From: Aulosira sp. ZfuVER01
GTDB lineage: Bacteria > Cyanobacteriota > Cyanobacteriia > Cyanobacteriales > Nostocaceae
Assembly (NCBI GenBank): GCA_034530615.2
Contig: JAVRCV020000031.1
Span: forward strand, 128,001 to 192,000
Reading direction: 5' to 3'
DNA: 64,000 bases
Under the pieces are notes generated by a model. It was not told the origin of the DNA, did no database searches, and was given only the letters and a program-made list of their open reading frames with translations. A program made the translations under genes and the position numbers. Shown piece after piece: positions 10,543 to 21,206 of this stretch. The stretch's first letter is position 1; every line of letters starts with the position of its first letter.

Positions 10543-11931
10543 TTAGTCATTAGATGACTTGAGACTATTGACTGTGGTTAAAAGAATTTCGCGCAAGGAA
10601 GCAACTGGTATTTGATTGATGATTTCGGCTGCAAAAGCGTTAATTAACAAATTCCGGGCTGCATTTTCATCAATTCCCCGGCTTTGGAGATAAAATATTT
10701 CATCATCCTCTAACTGACTAACCGTAGCACCGTGAGCGCACTTCACGTTATCTGCGGTAATTTCTAGTTGGGGTTTAGTATCAACTCTCGCTTTCGATGA
10801 TAGTAGCAAATTCCGGTTTAATTGGGCTGCGTCTGTTAGCTGGGCAGGTTTGGGCACAAAAACTTTGCCGTTAAATACTGCATGAGCGCGATCGCCTACA
10901 ATACACTTATGCAATTGCTTACTCACACCGTAGGGATGATTTAGTGCGATCGCACTGTGAGTATCAGCTAACTGATTGCCATAAATCACCGTCAAACCGT
11001 TGAGCGTCGTTTCAGTTTGCTCGCCAGTTTGCAAAATCTCTAAATTGTGCCGTGACAGCTTACCGCCAAAACTAATCGCATTACAAGTGTATCGACTATC
11101 ACGCGCCTGAGCGATCGCAGTCTTCCCAATATGGAAAGCCTCTGCACCTTCCCTCTCAATCCTAGTGTGATTCACCTGAGCATTCTCAGCCAACCAAATT
11201 TCCGTCACCGCATTGGTAAAGTAAGCTCCCCCCTCTGCGCCCACCGAAGTTTGCTCAACGGGGGGAACCCCCGCACCGCAACTTCTCTCTGTGTCTCTGC
11301 GGTTCGTATATTCCTCAATCAAAGTCACCTGCGAACCACTTTTCGCCACCACCAAACAACGCGGCTGCGAAATCGTCGGCTTTTCCCCAGCAACAGAAAT
11401 AAACAATAAATGAATTGGCGTTTCAACTACTACATTCTTTCCCACCAATACTACTGCCACATCAGCCAAGCCAGCAGTATTCAGAGCCGTGAAAACTTCT
11501 TGCTCTCCCTCAGCTTTGGCTAAATACTTGTTGATACCTTCCTGTTCCTCAGTCGATAAAGCTGTCAAATTTCCGACAACCACACCCACAGGCAAATCTA
11601 TTGCAGAAAACTCTGGCGCATAGACACCGTTAACAAACACCAAGCGACTATTAGCAGCTTCTGGTAGAGCGAGCGCAGAAATATCAGTAGAAATTAATTG
11701 CGTCTCTACCTGAAATTCCGCCTTGCGCAACGCCGACAAATCAGTAAAGCGCCATTCTTCCTCACGGGTAGTCGGAATAGTTGAGTGACGTACCCAATTA
11801 ACAGCACGTTGGCGTAATTCCTCCAACCAGCCTTCTGCTTTGTGTGCTGTTACCTGTGCTAACAACCCAGTCAGATAATCATCTCTATCTAACAAATTAG
11901 AAATCGAACTGGGAGAAACTTGAATAGTCAT
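10543..11931 (-). CDS. sufD: Fe-S cluster assembly protein SufD
   Basis: EEWRFTDL, DTKPQLEITADNVKCAHGATV, FYLQSRGI. TAATG overlap with sufC. Confidence 0.96.
   Translation of the reverse strand: MTIQVSPSSISNLLDRDDYLTGLLAQVTAHKAEGWLEELRQRAVNWVRHSTIPTTREEEWRFTDLSALRKAEFQVETQLISTDISALALPEAANSRLVFVNGVYAPEFSAIDLPVGVVVGNLTALSTEEQEGINKYLAKAEGEQEVFTALNTAGLADVAVVLVGKNVVVETPIHLLFISVAGEKPTISQPRCLVVAKSGSQVTLIEEYTNRRDTERSCGAGVPPVEQTSVGAEGGAYFTNAVTEIWLAENAQVNHTRIEREGAEAFHIGKTAIAQARDSRYTCNAISFGGKLSRHNLEILQTGEQTETTLNGLTVIYGNQLADTHSAIALNHPYGVSKQLHKCIVGDRAHAVFNGKVFVPKPAQLTDAAQLNRNLLLSSKARVDTKPQLEITADNVKCAHGATVSQLEDDEIFYLQSRGIDENAARNLLINAFAAEIINQIPVASLREILLTTVNSLKSSND
11233..11304. repeat. Nested small dispersed repeats inserted in frame within sufD
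   Basis: 45-nt GC hairpin (gaagtttgc..cggggggaacccccg..gcaacttc, 11242-11286) inside a ctctgcgcc/ctctgtgtctctgcgg repeat. Confidence 0.7.
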
Positions 11932-12719
11932 TACACACCCACCTCAAGCGCATCTGCTTCCAACACCCAGTCATAGCCGCGAGACTCCAACTCTAGTGCT
12001 AGTTCCTTACCACCACTAGTGAGAATCCGCCCGTGCGCCATTACATGTACAAAGTCGGGCACAATATAGTCGAGTAACCGCTGATAGTGGGTAATCATAA
12101 TCGTGGCATTTTCCGGACTTGCTAGTTGATTAACCCCATGTGCCACAATCTTCAACGCATCAATATCCAAACCAGAATCAGTTTCATCCAAAATTGCTAA
12201 CTTCGGTTCCAATAGCGCCATTTGCAGAATTTCATTGCGCTTCTTCTCACCACCAGAAAACCCTTCATTCACACTGCGGCTAAGAAAAGATGGATTCATC
12301 TTCACCACTTCCAACTTTTCTTCTACCAAATCGTCAAAATCAAAAGCATCCAATTCTTCTAAACCCTGTGCTTTGCGGCGAGAATTATAAGCCACCCGCA
12401 AAAAATCTAAATTACTGACACCGGGAATTTCTAGAGGATACTGAAACGCCAAAAATACACCAGTTCTCGCCCGTTCCTCAGGTTCCAATTCCAGTAGATT
12501 TTGCCCCTGGAAAATTACCTCACCACCAGTCACCTGATATGCTGGATGTCCGGCTAACACCTTAGAAAAGGTACTCTTACCAGAACCATTCGGCCCCATA
12601 ATCGCATGAATTTCGCCAGCACGAACTTCCAGATTTACACCTTTAAGAATCGGCGTTCCATCAACTGTGGCTGTCAGATCCTTAACTGACAGCACAACTT
12701 CACTATTTTCAATAATCAT
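11931..12719 (-). CDS. sufC: Fe-S cluster assembly ATPase SufC
   Basis: [28 protein letters not shown]. Confidence 0.97.
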   Translation of the reverse strand: MIIENSEVVLSVKDLTATVDGTPILKGVNLEVRAGEIHAIMGPNGSGKSTFSKVLAGHPAYQVTGGEVIFQGQNLLELEPEERARTGVFLAFQYPLEIPGVSNLDFLRVAYNSRRKAQGLEELDAFDFDDLVEEKLEVVKMNPSFLSRSVNEGFSGGEKKRNEILQMALLEPKLAILDETDSGLDIDALKIVAHGVNQLASPENATIMITHYQRLLDYIVPDFVHVMAHGRILTSGGKELALELESRGYDWVLEADALEVGV

Positions 12720-12792
12720 GTTCTCTCTCTTCTCTCTCTCAGTTCGTAGTTGCGCTTTAGCGCTTATTAATCTTTCTCACGTGCTAACTGGA

Positions 12793-14232
12793 TTAACCAA
12801 CACTACCTTCCAACTTCAAGCTCAATAACTTATCAGCTTCCACAGCAAATTCCATTGGTAGCTGATTGAACACATCCTTACAGAAGCCGCTAATCATCAT
12901 CGAAATTGCATCTTCTGCGGAAATGCCTCTTTGCGCAAAGTAGAATAGCTGATCTTCGCCAATCTTAGAAGTAGAAGCTTCATGCTCTACCTTGGCAGTA
13001 TTATTTTGTACCTGAATATAAGGGAAAGTATTGGCATGGGCATTATCTCCAATGAGCATGGAGTCGCACTGCGAATAGTTTCTCGCGCCTTGGGCTTTCG
13101 GGTTAACTTTCACCAAACCCCGATAGCTATTACTAGAGTTACCAGCAGAGATTCCTTTAGAAATAATTGTGCTGCGAGTATTTTTACCAATATGAATCAT
13201 CTTGGTACCGGTGTCAGCTTGCTGCATATTATTTGTCAGCGCCACCGAGTAAAATTCACCTACGGAGTTATCACCCACCAACACGCAGCTAGGATACTTC
13301 CACGTAATGGCTGAACCTGTTTCTACTTGAGTCCAGGAAATTTTGGAATTCACACCCTGACACAAACCACGCTTAGTGACGAAGTTGTAAATCCCACCTT
13401 TGCCATTAGCATCACCAGCGTACCAATTCTGGACTGTGGAATATTTAATTTCCGCATTATCAAGCGCCACAAGTTCTACGACAGCTGCGTGTAGCTGGTT
13501 GCTGTCATACATCGGTGCTGTACAACCTTCGAGGTAGGAAACATAGCTACCTTCTTCAGCCACAATCAATGTGCGCTCAAATTGTCCCGTATCACCAGAG
13601 TTGATGCGGAAATAAGTAGACAATTCCATCGGGCATTTTACGCCTTTAGGAATATAGACAAAAGAACCATCGCTAAATACAGCAGCGTTCAGCGCCGCAA
13701 AGTAATTGTCAGCTATGGGAACAACACTACCCAGATATTTTTTTACCAGTTCTGGGTGTTCCTGCAATGCTTCGGAAATTGAGCAGAAAATTACGCCATC
13801 CTTAGCTAGCTTTTCCTTAAAAGTTGTGGCGACGGAAACGCTATCGAAAATTGCATCAACGGCAACATTTGCTAGACGCTTTTGTTCAGTTAGGGGAATA
13901 CCTAGCTTTTCAAAGGTTTCTAGCAGGGTAGGATCAACTTCATCCAAACTCTCCAGCTTCTGTTTTTTCTGCTTTGGAGCAGAATAGTAGATGATATCCT
14001 GATAATTTATTGGTGGATACTTAACATTAGGCCAAGTTGGTTCTGTCATTCGCTGCCACTGGCGATACGCTCTGAGGCGAAACTCCAGCATAAATTCCGG
14101 CTCGTTCTTCTTGGCGGAGATCAAGCGGATAACGTCCTCGTTTAGTCCACGCGGAATAGTGTCGGCCTCGATGTCGGTAATAAAGCCGTACTTGTAGGGT
14201 TGGTTGACTAAGGTTTTGACAGTGGCACTCAT
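12793..14232 (-). CDS. sufB: Fe-S cluster assembly protein SufB
   Basis: [27 protein letters not shown]. 479 aa, no intein. Confidence 0.98.
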   Translation of the reverse strand: MSATVKTLVNQPYKYGFITDIEADTIPRGLNEDVIRLISAKKNEPEFMLEFRLRAYRQWQRMTEPTWPNVKYPPINYQDIIYYSAPKQKKQKLESLDEVDPTLLETFEKLGIPLTEQKRLANVAVDAIFDSVSVATTFKEKLAKDGVIFCSISEALQEHPELVKKYLGSVVPIADNYFAALNAAVFSDGSFVYIPKGVKCPMELSTYFRINSGDTGQFERTLIVAEEGSYVSYLEGCTAPMYDSNQLHAAVVELVALDNAEIKYSTVQNWYAGDANGKGGIYNFVTKRGLCQGVNSKISWTQVETGSAITWKYPSCVLVGDNSVGEFYSVALTNNMQQADTGTKMIHIGKNTRSTIISKGISAGNSSNSYRGLVKVNPKAQGARNYSQCDSMLIGDNAHANTFPYIQVQNNTAKVEHEASTSKIGEDQLFYFAQRGISAEDAISMMISGFCKDVFNQLPMEFAVEADKLLSLKLEGSVG

Positions 14233-14354
14233 TAGTAGTAATCTCTCGTGTTCGTTGGAATCTCTCTTTAAGGATGGGAGACAAGCTCGGTTTTAGCCGA
14301 TCCCATCTGGGGTTACAGAGTGGTTACACGGCTGTTAAAATAAGGATAGAGATT

Positions 14355-14420
14355 AAAACAACAACAATGTTGTTTAACTTATCTTCATTTTACGCTAGAT
14401 TAACAACAACAATGTTGTTA
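14355..14420. promoter_or_regulatory. Two SufR operators (CAAC-N6-GTTG)
   Basis: caac-aacaat-gttg at 14359-14372 and 14404-14417, between divergent sufB and sufR. Confidence 0.85.
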
Positions 14421-14451
14421 AAGTCAAATTTTCAAAAAAAATTTTGGGACG

Positions 14452-14475
14452 TTCGCGCAGCGTCTGACAGAGAAG
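14452..14475. repeat. Small dispersed repeat immediately before the sufR ATG
   Basis: ttcgcgcagcgtctgacagagaag resembles the Nostoc GCGTAGCGTCT..AGAGAAG short repeat. Confidence 0.5.
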
Positions 14476-15153
14476 ATGACGACTACCCACCAGTCCTCAA
14501 CGAAGCAAGATATTCTGGAATATCTCCTCAAACACTCACAAGCAACGGCTTTTGAGCTATCTGAAGTTTTAGATATTAGCCCGCAAGCGATTCGTCGCCA
14601 TCTCAAAGATTTGGAGGCGGAAGAGCTAATTTTGTATTCAGCGGCGGTACAAGTGGGGATGGGACGGCCGCAGCACGTTTATCATCTGAGTTCTTTAGGA
14701 CGCGATCGCCTACATCGTCAGAGCGATCACTTTGGTGATAGTTACGGCAGTTTTGCTGTTTCCCTGCTTGATACTTTAGCAGAAACAGTAGGGCAAGACC
14801 AAGTTAAGAACATTTTACAAAAACAGTGGGAACGCAAAGCACAAGAATACCGCGATCGCTTAGGTAAGGGTTCCTTAAAAGAGCGTGTAGCCGATTTAGT
14901 AGAATTTAGAAAAGCAGAAGGCTTCATGGCAGAGTATCATCCTGTAGAGTCCGATGATTCCTCAAAGTGCGATCGCTTTATTTTAATGGAACATAAGTGC
15001 GCTATTTCTAATGTTGCCGAATCATTCCCCAGTATTTGCGGTCATGAGTTAGAAATGTTTGCCGCCGTTTTACCAGATTGTACAGTAGAGCGCACTCACT
15101 GGATTATCAATGGCGAACATCGTTGTGGCTATTTAGTCCAAGCACGGGAATAG
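14476..15153 (+). CDS. sufR: Fe-S cluster biosynthesis transcriptional regulator SufR
   Basis: HTH (AIRRHLKDLE, GRPQHVY), C-terminal C-x12-C-x13-C-x14-C; divergent from sufB. Confidence 0.96.
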   Translation: MTTTHQSSTKQDILEYLLKHSQATAFELSEVLDISPQAIRRHLKDLEAEELILYSAAVQVGMGRPQHVYHLSSLGRDRLHRQSDHFGDSYGSFAVSLLDTLAETVGQDQVKNILQKQWERKAQEYRDRLGKGSLKERVADLVEFRKAEGFMAEYHPVESDDSSKCDRFILMEHKCAISNVAESFPSICGHELEMFAAVLPDCTVERTHWIINGEHRCGYLVQARE

Positions 15154-15202
15154 GGACAAGGAAGACAAGGGGGACAACTGACCACTTACAATTGACTAAT
15201 TT

Positions 15203-15463
15203 ATGAATCTACCACCACAGTCGCCATCAGAACAGTTTTTAAGTTTGGAAGAGTCCGCAAAAGTAGACGCTGCTTTGTTGTCTTCCCCAGAAAAATTTTT
15301 AACAAGATTAACAATTTCATCGCTGAAACTTTTAAAGCATATTGCCCAAGAATATGGTGTTGCTATTGAAGATTTAACAACATCACAAGTAATTTCTTGG
15401 TTTGAAAAAGATAGCAAAATTAAACGAGAGCAAGGAATAGAAGCTTCTTATTTAAAGTGGTAA
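15203..15463 (+). CDS. Small hypothetical protein
   Basis: 86-aa ATG ORF with globular composition. Confidence 0.7.
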   Translation: MNLPPQSPSEQFLSLEESAKVDAALLSSPEKFLTRLTISSLKLLKHIAQEYGVAIEDLTTSQVISWFEKDSKIKREQGIEASYLKW

Positions 15464-15489
15464 AGCTTGCGGTTCATACAGAATAATAA

Positions 15490-16122
15490 TTAAAGTTTTT
15501 GGATTTGACTTGCAGCTACAATTTGTTTAACAGTAATTTGTAATTCTGGGAAAGTTGCAGAAATAATCCTGTCATTACCTGTAAATTTTTGCACTTGATA
15601 TTGACCATCAATTAATTGATAAACAAAAACCGTAGGCAGTTTGGGATTACCGAGATAAGCACGAGAAGCGATTGCTAAATAATCCACAATCCAATACTCA
15701 AGAATACCAAGGCGCTGATACTCATCTAATTTATCAATATAATCATCATCCCAATTAGTTGAAGTCACTTCTACAGCCAGTTGAATCGGCTCAATCAGCG
15801 CACCATAAGCTAGAACATTACTATTCCAGTGTGATGCACTAACTACACTCACATCAGGATTTCTACCTTGTTCTTCTCCAGTGTTAGCAAATGTCCTAAC
15901 TACGACATCTTTATCAGCAATATAGTCAAGTCCTAAGCGCCTAATTTCATCATTAAAACCAAGCATGAGAAATCTTGCCACATTCTTATGTGCCCTAGTA
16001 GGTTCCACTTTGATAATCTCTCCATTTACCAGTTCATATATACCAGAACCATCAGGGTACTGTTCTAAAAAATCCTCAAAAGTTAATTTCTGAACTGGGG
16101 TTTGAACCATATTTATTGACAA
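15490..16122 (-). CDS. Uma2 (DUF820) family endonuclease-like protein
   Basis: YELVNGEI, RNPDVSV, LAVEVTS, K..EY..LGILEYWIVD. Confidence 0.92.
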   Translation of the reverse strand: MSINMVQTPVQKLTFEDFLEQYPDGSGIYELVNGEIIKVEPTRAHKNVARFLMLGFNDEIRRLGLDYIADKDVVVRTFANTGEEQGRNPDVSVVSASHWNSNVLAYGALIEPIQLAVEVTSTNWDDDYIDKLDEYQRLGILEYWIVDYLAIASRAYLGNPKLPTVFVYQLIDGQYQVQKFTGNDRIISATFPELQITVKQIVAASQIQKL

Positions 16123-16167
16123 CTAAATATAAAGAATTATACTTTGCGTTCCTGGGCGTTTAAAAAT

Positions 16168-16200
16168 TATCCCCCTCTCCGCTAGCCGAGAAAGGGATAA
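16168..16200. terminator. Hairpin downstream of ccsA
   Basis: ttatccc..ctc....gag..gggataa with flanking A/T runs. Confidence 0.5.
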
Positions 16201-16205
16201 GTTTT

Positions 16206-17261
16206 TTAGAAAAACCAACCGTAAGAATGCAAACCCTTACCCAAAAGATTCACACCCAAATAGCAAACCCAAACGACAACAAAGCCACTCGCAGCTAAAA
16301 TTGCTGGACGACGCCCTTGCCAACCACGAGTAATTCTGGCGTGAAGGTAAGCGGCGAAAACTAACCAAGTAATTAATGCCCAAGTTTCTTTCGGGTCCCA
16401 ACTCCAATAAGAACCCCAAGCTTCGTTAGCCCAAACAGCACCCGCAATAATCCCAATTGTCAGTAAAGGAAAGCCCAAACCAATGATGCGATAACTGATG
16501 TTGTCTAGGGTTTCTGCAAGGCTAAGACGTTGAGGAGATAAGGGTTCAGCAGATGTGACAGTTTCCGACTGTGGGGCAGTTACTAAATTCAAAACTGCGG
16601 TTTTACCGTTACCGTTACTATTGCTTTCATAGCGAACAAAACCATTATTTTCAACAGCAGGTGCTTGTGGTTCAGAGACTAACTCACCTGCTTTGTGTAA
16701 CTTATAACCATTGCTACGATAACCACCAGTACCAACAGAACTGCCTTGTAGTTGAATATTTTGACCGCGAGTAACGATGAGAAAAGCGATCGCTAGCAAA
16801 GCACCCACCATTAAAGCAGAATAACTCAACATCATCACACTGACGTGCATCATCAGCCAATTGGACTTGAGCGCTGGTACTAGAGGTTCTGCCGCTTGCA
16901 TTTGCGATGGCAATGTTAGGGTAGCAAAAGCTGTAATCCCCATCGCCACCGGGGCAGTTACCACTCCCACTAAGCGGCTGCGGCTAGAATTTTCAGCAAT
17001 CAGATGAATAGTGGTAATTCCCCAAGTCAAGAAAAACAGGGATTCATACAAATTGCTGAGTGGAAAATAACCAGCTTCTATCCATCGTGCCCCTAATAAG
17101 GTGGCTATGCACAAATTTGCGATCGCCATTCCAGCTGTCCCCAAAGCAGCAAAGGCCGGCAGATTCGGAAAAGCCGCCCCTACCCAATACACCAGCATGG
17201 TGAGGAATAAGACAGCAAAGGAAGCATTGTCCAGCCAGTTCTGGAGTACAACCAGATTCAT
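16206..17261 (-). CDS. ccsA: Cytochrome c biogenesis protein CcsA (Ycf5; labelled CcsB in some pipelines)
   Basis: [18 protein letters not shown] motif [24 protein letters not shown]. Confidence 0.96.
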   Translation of the reverse strand: MNLVVLQNWLDNASFAVLFLTMLVYWVGAAFPNLPAFAALGTAGMAIANLCIATLLGARWIEAGYFPLSNLYESLFFLTWGITTIHLIAENSSRSRLVGVVTAPVAMGITAFATLTLPSQMQAAEPLVPALKSNWLMMHVSVMMLSYSALMVGALLAIAFLIVTRGQNIQLQGSSVGTGGYRSNGYKLHKAGELVSEPQAPAVENNGFVRYESNSNGNGKTAVLNLVTAPQSETVTSAEPLSPQRLSLAETLDNISYRIIGLGFPLLTIGIIAGAVWANEAWGSYWSWDPKETWALITWLVFAAYLHARITRGWQGRRPAILAASGFVVVWVCYLGVNLLGKGLHSYGWFF

Positions 17262-17361
17262 AAAGTGTTCTCCCCAGTGGATTCTTGAAAAATTTTGATT
17301 CTGACTGTTCTGATCCTATCTGCTTAGAGGTTATTGGGTCATAGGTTTTTTTCAGTCAAAG

Positions 17362-17401
17362 GTCATTGGGCATTGGGCATTGGGCATTGGGCATTGGGCA
17401 T
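17362..17401. repeat. Heptamer tandem repeat (CATTGGG)5, STRR-type
   Basis: Read directly from the sequence. Confidence 0.9.
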
Positions 17402-17455
17402 AGTTAACAATTCTTTTTGTCTTCCTTGTCTCCCTTGTCCTCCCTCATTCCCTCG

Positions 17456-19156
17456 CTAAGAACGATCAGCTTTTTTCAGTGCAAAAAAAATGTCATAGCG
17501 GGTACTGCGATTATCACTAACAGCAGTTGTCACACCAATAGAACGGGTTGCTGCTAACCAAGTTTGTTGATTGGGAAATACGGTTGGTAGGGGAAAATTT
17601 TTCGCTGTCTGTTCAACATCCAAGAAAAATTGACCATTTGTAGGATTGGGTTCTGAGGGAACGGTTTGTTGAAAAGGGATGGTGCTGGCTAGTGTATTAC
17701 TAGGTCTAGGAACAATTTTATCGGCGATCGGCGCGCCTACTACTAAGAAAGCAACATCTCCATCTAACCAGCCGTGGGTAGCGGTTAAGGTACCAAAAGG
17801 CGCAACCCAGTTAACAACGGATTTACCAGCCACCGTTCCAGGTTGAATTTTGAACTGGTATTGAGTTTTCATCGCTTCATCGAGCTGTTTTAAGGATGTT
17901 TCAGCCAAAGTGCGATCGCTTGCTTGTACCATAAACAGCAGACCAGCTCGAAAATCTGCTGTTGAAGTATCTTTGGGAGTATTGGGAATTACTGATAAAG
18001 AAAACTCACCTTTCATCCACCGCAGTAAATCCCGATCTAAATCCAGATTTGTCAAGGATTTCACACCCCCTCGCAGTTGTTCTGCCGTGATTGGCGATAG
18101 GGGATTTCCTTGGGATGTTAAAACATAGTCTGCCCACAATCGCTGTAAATTTCCACCCGAAAGCATCATTAAGGTTTCGGCTGGTACTAGGCTTTGCATT
18201 CTCCCAGCTTTATTTTCCACCGCCAACACCCGCTGGCTATTGGGGTTGAGCCAAGAAACACCTTTTAAACGTATTCCTTCCGGCTCTAAGTTAATTGTCC
18301 CCGCCAAGCCTTGGTTATTCTGAAGTTGAGCCAAAACTTGGGCTGGTAATTGGCGATTGGGCGCTGCCGCCGCTATCCTAGCAGCAGTGGGTACATTCAC
18401 ATAAAACTGAGCAAAAGGTTGATAATTGGCAATTTTTGGAAAATTATCCGCAAAACCCCCCGTTGTTGCTAGCGAAGTTTTATTTTTGTAGGCGTCAATT
18501 GCTCGTTCTGTAGCTTTGGGATTATCAGTAATCACTAAGAACTGCCCATCCAACAATGTTGCTGAGATGTTTTCCCCTGCTTGTCCATCGGTTTGTTTGA
18601 TAGCAAAACCTTGATATGTGCGGTCAATCCATTTGCCATATTTTAAGGTTTTGGGTTGAGCTAAAAGGTTTTTAGCTTGTTCTAGGTTCTTTACTGGTAG
18701 AACCATTACCATTGACTGCTGGCTAGTAGCAGCATCTGCATTGGTAGAAACGGGTTTGGGTGCGGGTTGACTGGCTTGAGGTGCGAGAATTGCCAGCGTA
18801 ACTTCATTACCTACCCAAGGTTGAATATCTTTTTGGAAGTCATAACCATTATTAGTGAGAAAGCGATCGCGCAATTTTATTAAATTTTTATCCAGTTCTG
18901 CTTGGGTTTCTTTTGTCCCATACTGCCGCAATTGCTGCCATTGTTTAGGATCGGTGGTTAGAGAAACCGCAAACAGGGCATCCTGAGGAATAATAGTTGC
19001 TCCTACTGGCAAATCTCTGGAAAATGGTTGCCCCTGAGTCAATAACCAGTATGCTGCACTCCCCAAACCTATCAATAAACCAGTACAAGAGAGTGTCAGC
19101 ACCAGAGATGGTTTCTTTGTTTTCTTCATCGGAACAGACACAACAGGCAGCGTCAT
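17456..19156 (-). CDS. DUF3352 domain membrane-anchored protein
   Basis: N-terminal TM, IIPQDALFAVSL, DFQKDIQPWVG repeated as DLDRDLLRWMKG. Confidence 0.8.
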   Translation of the reverse strand: MTLPVVSVPMKKTKKPSLVLTLSCTGLLIGLGSAAYWLLTQGQPFSRDLPVGATIIPQDALFAVSLTTDPKQWQQLRQYGTKETQAELDKNLIKLRDRFLTNNGYDFQKDIQPWVGNEVTLAILAPQASQPAPKPVSTNADAATSQQSMVMVLPVKNLEQAKNLLAQPKTLKYGKWIDRTYQGFAIKQTDGQAGENISATLLDGQFLVITDNPKATERAIDAYKNKTSLATTGGFADNFPKIANYQPFAQFYVNVPTAARIAAAAPNRQLPAQVLAQLQNNQGLAGTINLEPEGIRLKGVSWLNPNSQRVLAVENKAGRMQSLVPAETLMMLSGGNLQRLWADYVLTSQGNPLSPITAEQLRGGVKSLTNLDLDRDLLRWMKGEFSLSVIPNTPKDTSTADFRAGLLFMVQASDRTLAETSLKQLDEAMKTQYQFKIQPGTVAGKSVVNWVAPFGTLTATHGWLDGDVAFLVVGAPIADKIVPRPSNTLASTIPFQQTVPSEPNPTNGQFFLDVEQTAKNFPLPTVFPNQQTWLAATRSIGVTTAVSDNRSTRYDIFFALKKADRS

Positions 19157-19928
19157 TGAAACCTACACCTCATATTTACGAACTCGTTACTTGATTTGGA
19201 CAAGTCAACCAAAAGGTTGCCCATGCTCTAGGGCAGCTAATTACAGAAATTTATCCACCCTGGATATTGATGCTTCTTTGGTCATCAACTTTCCCAACTA
19301 TTTCAAAAGCTTTATTTTTGTGGTTAATCACTTTTGGTAACACACTTTATTTTATTTCGCAGGACAAAGTGGAAATTTTTCCCAAGGAAATCCTTTATCC
19401 CAAGCGATCTGAGGATATAACTAACTTGACAAAGCTGCAAGCCATCAGCACAGCTAGATTAGTTCACCTAACTTATTTGTTGCTTTTACTCTGCCAGAAC
19501 GCGATCGCCAATTTAACATGAAGTCAAAATCTGAAAATTAGATACTATTTTAAACGAGCAATTTTACTAACAAAACATCGTATAAAATTCAATAAAAATC
19601 GTAGTTTTGAATGATAAGTGGCTAATTTTAGTTATATAGAGGAAATTTTATAAAAATTACACTAAAATTTGTAACTTTTAGCTCGAAATTGTCAATTTTC
19701 GTAGTAAATCAATTTACTGGTTTCTTCAACTTACATATTATTAATTTTTATTACTTAACTAAGTAGCTGGGATTAAAGCCCTAAATTTTTCAGCACTTTA
19801 GCATTCACAACAAAACTCATAAAAACTAACGAAACAGACTACTAGCCAAATTCAACCCGAAATTTAGAACAAGCTAGTTTGACATCTCTAGGACAATATC
19901 TCAAAATACAAACTCTAATTTTAGCTTT

Positions 19929-20552
19929 TTACGGATTGCTAGAACTTAGCTGCATGGGACCCAAGTATTTAGTTAAATAAGGCGAAAAAACCTCATATAT
20001 TAATGTCAAAGGCTGTCCGTGGTGCCAAAACAAATAGTGACGACCCCAAAAAGGCCCGCTCACCTCAAAACCTTCCTCCAAAGCAGGTGAGTCGCCATAG
20101 TAAATCCCCTGTACATCGCGATACAACTCAGTACGCAGACGTGCTAGACTAGCCCAAATCGGTAATGAACGGTTTTGTAAATACTCATCTACATGGCTCG
20201 CTTCCCACCAAGAAGTAGCGTATGCCAAACGCTGACCAGAAGCAGTCCGCAGCCAAACCTGTCGCCGCAGTCGTGGGCCTGGGACAGCTTGAATTAAATC
20301 CGGAGCAGCATCTGAGTCCATGCCAATTAATGACATATCAATTACGTCTACTTCCGTTGGCTCACCTGTGAGTAATTCTAGATGGCGCGTTGGTGAGCCA
20401 TCACCCAAAAGTAGCAATTGCCAAGCAGGTGCAAGCTGTGTGTGAGGCAAACTTTGCTTAATTACATCCTCCCCACCTTGCCAAATCGGAGTTAGACGAT
20501 GCCATGCTGCTGGCAGTGTTAAGTTGTTTGTCGGCCTAAAAATTGCAGTCAA
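19929..20552 (-). CDS. Chorismate pyruvate-lyase-like protein (UbiC/DUF98)
   Basis: LLGDGSPTRHL, RRQVWL, GRHY, LIYEVFSP. Confidence 0.85.
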   Translation of the reverse strand: MTAIFRPTNNLTLPAAWHRLTPIWQGGEDVIKQSLPHTQLAPAWQLLLLGDGSPTRHLELLTGEPTEVDVIDMSLIGMDSDAAPDLIQAVPGPRLRRQVWLRTASGQRLAYATSWWEASHVDEYLQNRSLPIWASLARLRTELYRDVQGIYYGDSPALEEGFEVSGPFWGRHYLFWHHGQPLTLIYEVFSPYLTKYLGPMQLSSSNP

Positions 20553-20596
20553 TGTTATTTACAAAAGTTCACCTATTTCTATAAAAGCATAAAAAA

Positions 20597-20636
20597 CTAG
20601 CACCGCTACGCGGAATTCAAAATTCAAAATTCAAAA
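20597..20636. repeat. CTAG-terminated dispersed repeat with (AATTCAA)n tail
   Basis: ctagcaccgctacgcggaattcaaaattcaaaattcaaaa; near-identical inverted copy at 27034-27059. Confidence 0.7.
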
Positions 20637-20754
20637 AGCTTATGTTGTCGGTTTCTCAACGATTATAAGTTCAGATGCAATAGTCAAAGGTCAGCAGTTT
20701 CAGGCATTTGACCCTTGACTATTGACCTTGGACTTTTAACTATTCACTAAAAAA

Positions 20755-20835
20755 TGCGGATGGCGAGACTCGAACTCGCAAGGCAAAGCCACACGCACCT
20801 CAAGCGTGCGCGTATACCAATTCCGCCACATCCGC
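20755..20835 (-). tRNA. trnL-GAG: tRNA-Leu (anticodon GAG)
   Basis: GCGGATG/CATCCGC acceptor stem, CACGC-TTGAGGT-GCGTG anticodon arm, long variable arm, GTTCGAGTC T-loop; CCA not encoded. Confidence 0.97.
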
Positions 20836-21206
20836 ACGGGTTTTCTCACTGAATTTAGAATATAGCATAAATTTTCTGCCAGTGGATATAAGACGGACAG
20901 AAATATAGTCACTTCACGAGTGATATTAAAAGGGGTATAGCCAACGTGGGATGTACGGCACGCTTGCAAAACCTAGTTTGGGTGAATGCAGGAGACTAAC
21001 AGTAGCAATATTGTTAATCTAGTTAAACCCCGTAGGCACTCTCAGCCAAATCCTACCCTTTGGGAAACTGCCCAGAGGGCTGATAAACCCTTCTTGGGAA
21101 GAGGTTGGGGAATCTCCTGTCATAATTTGAAATAAGGCGGAAAGCATTGTTGCAAGTTGAATGGGAGAGAATGTCAATCTACTGGTACAGATATCGAAGC
21201 TAAAAA

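Noticed and set aside
12793..14232. Intein in SufB
   Set aside because: Normal length and no splice motifs.
19267..19521. 84-aa ORF
   Set aside because: TTG start, no RBS or recognisable motif, lies in an AT-rich promoter region.
20736..20969. 77-aa ORF
   Set aside because: Runs through tRNA-Leu.
20500..21200. tRNA-Leu as an integration site for an island
   Set aside because: No integrase and no duplicated tRNA 3' end seen; flanked by core genes.
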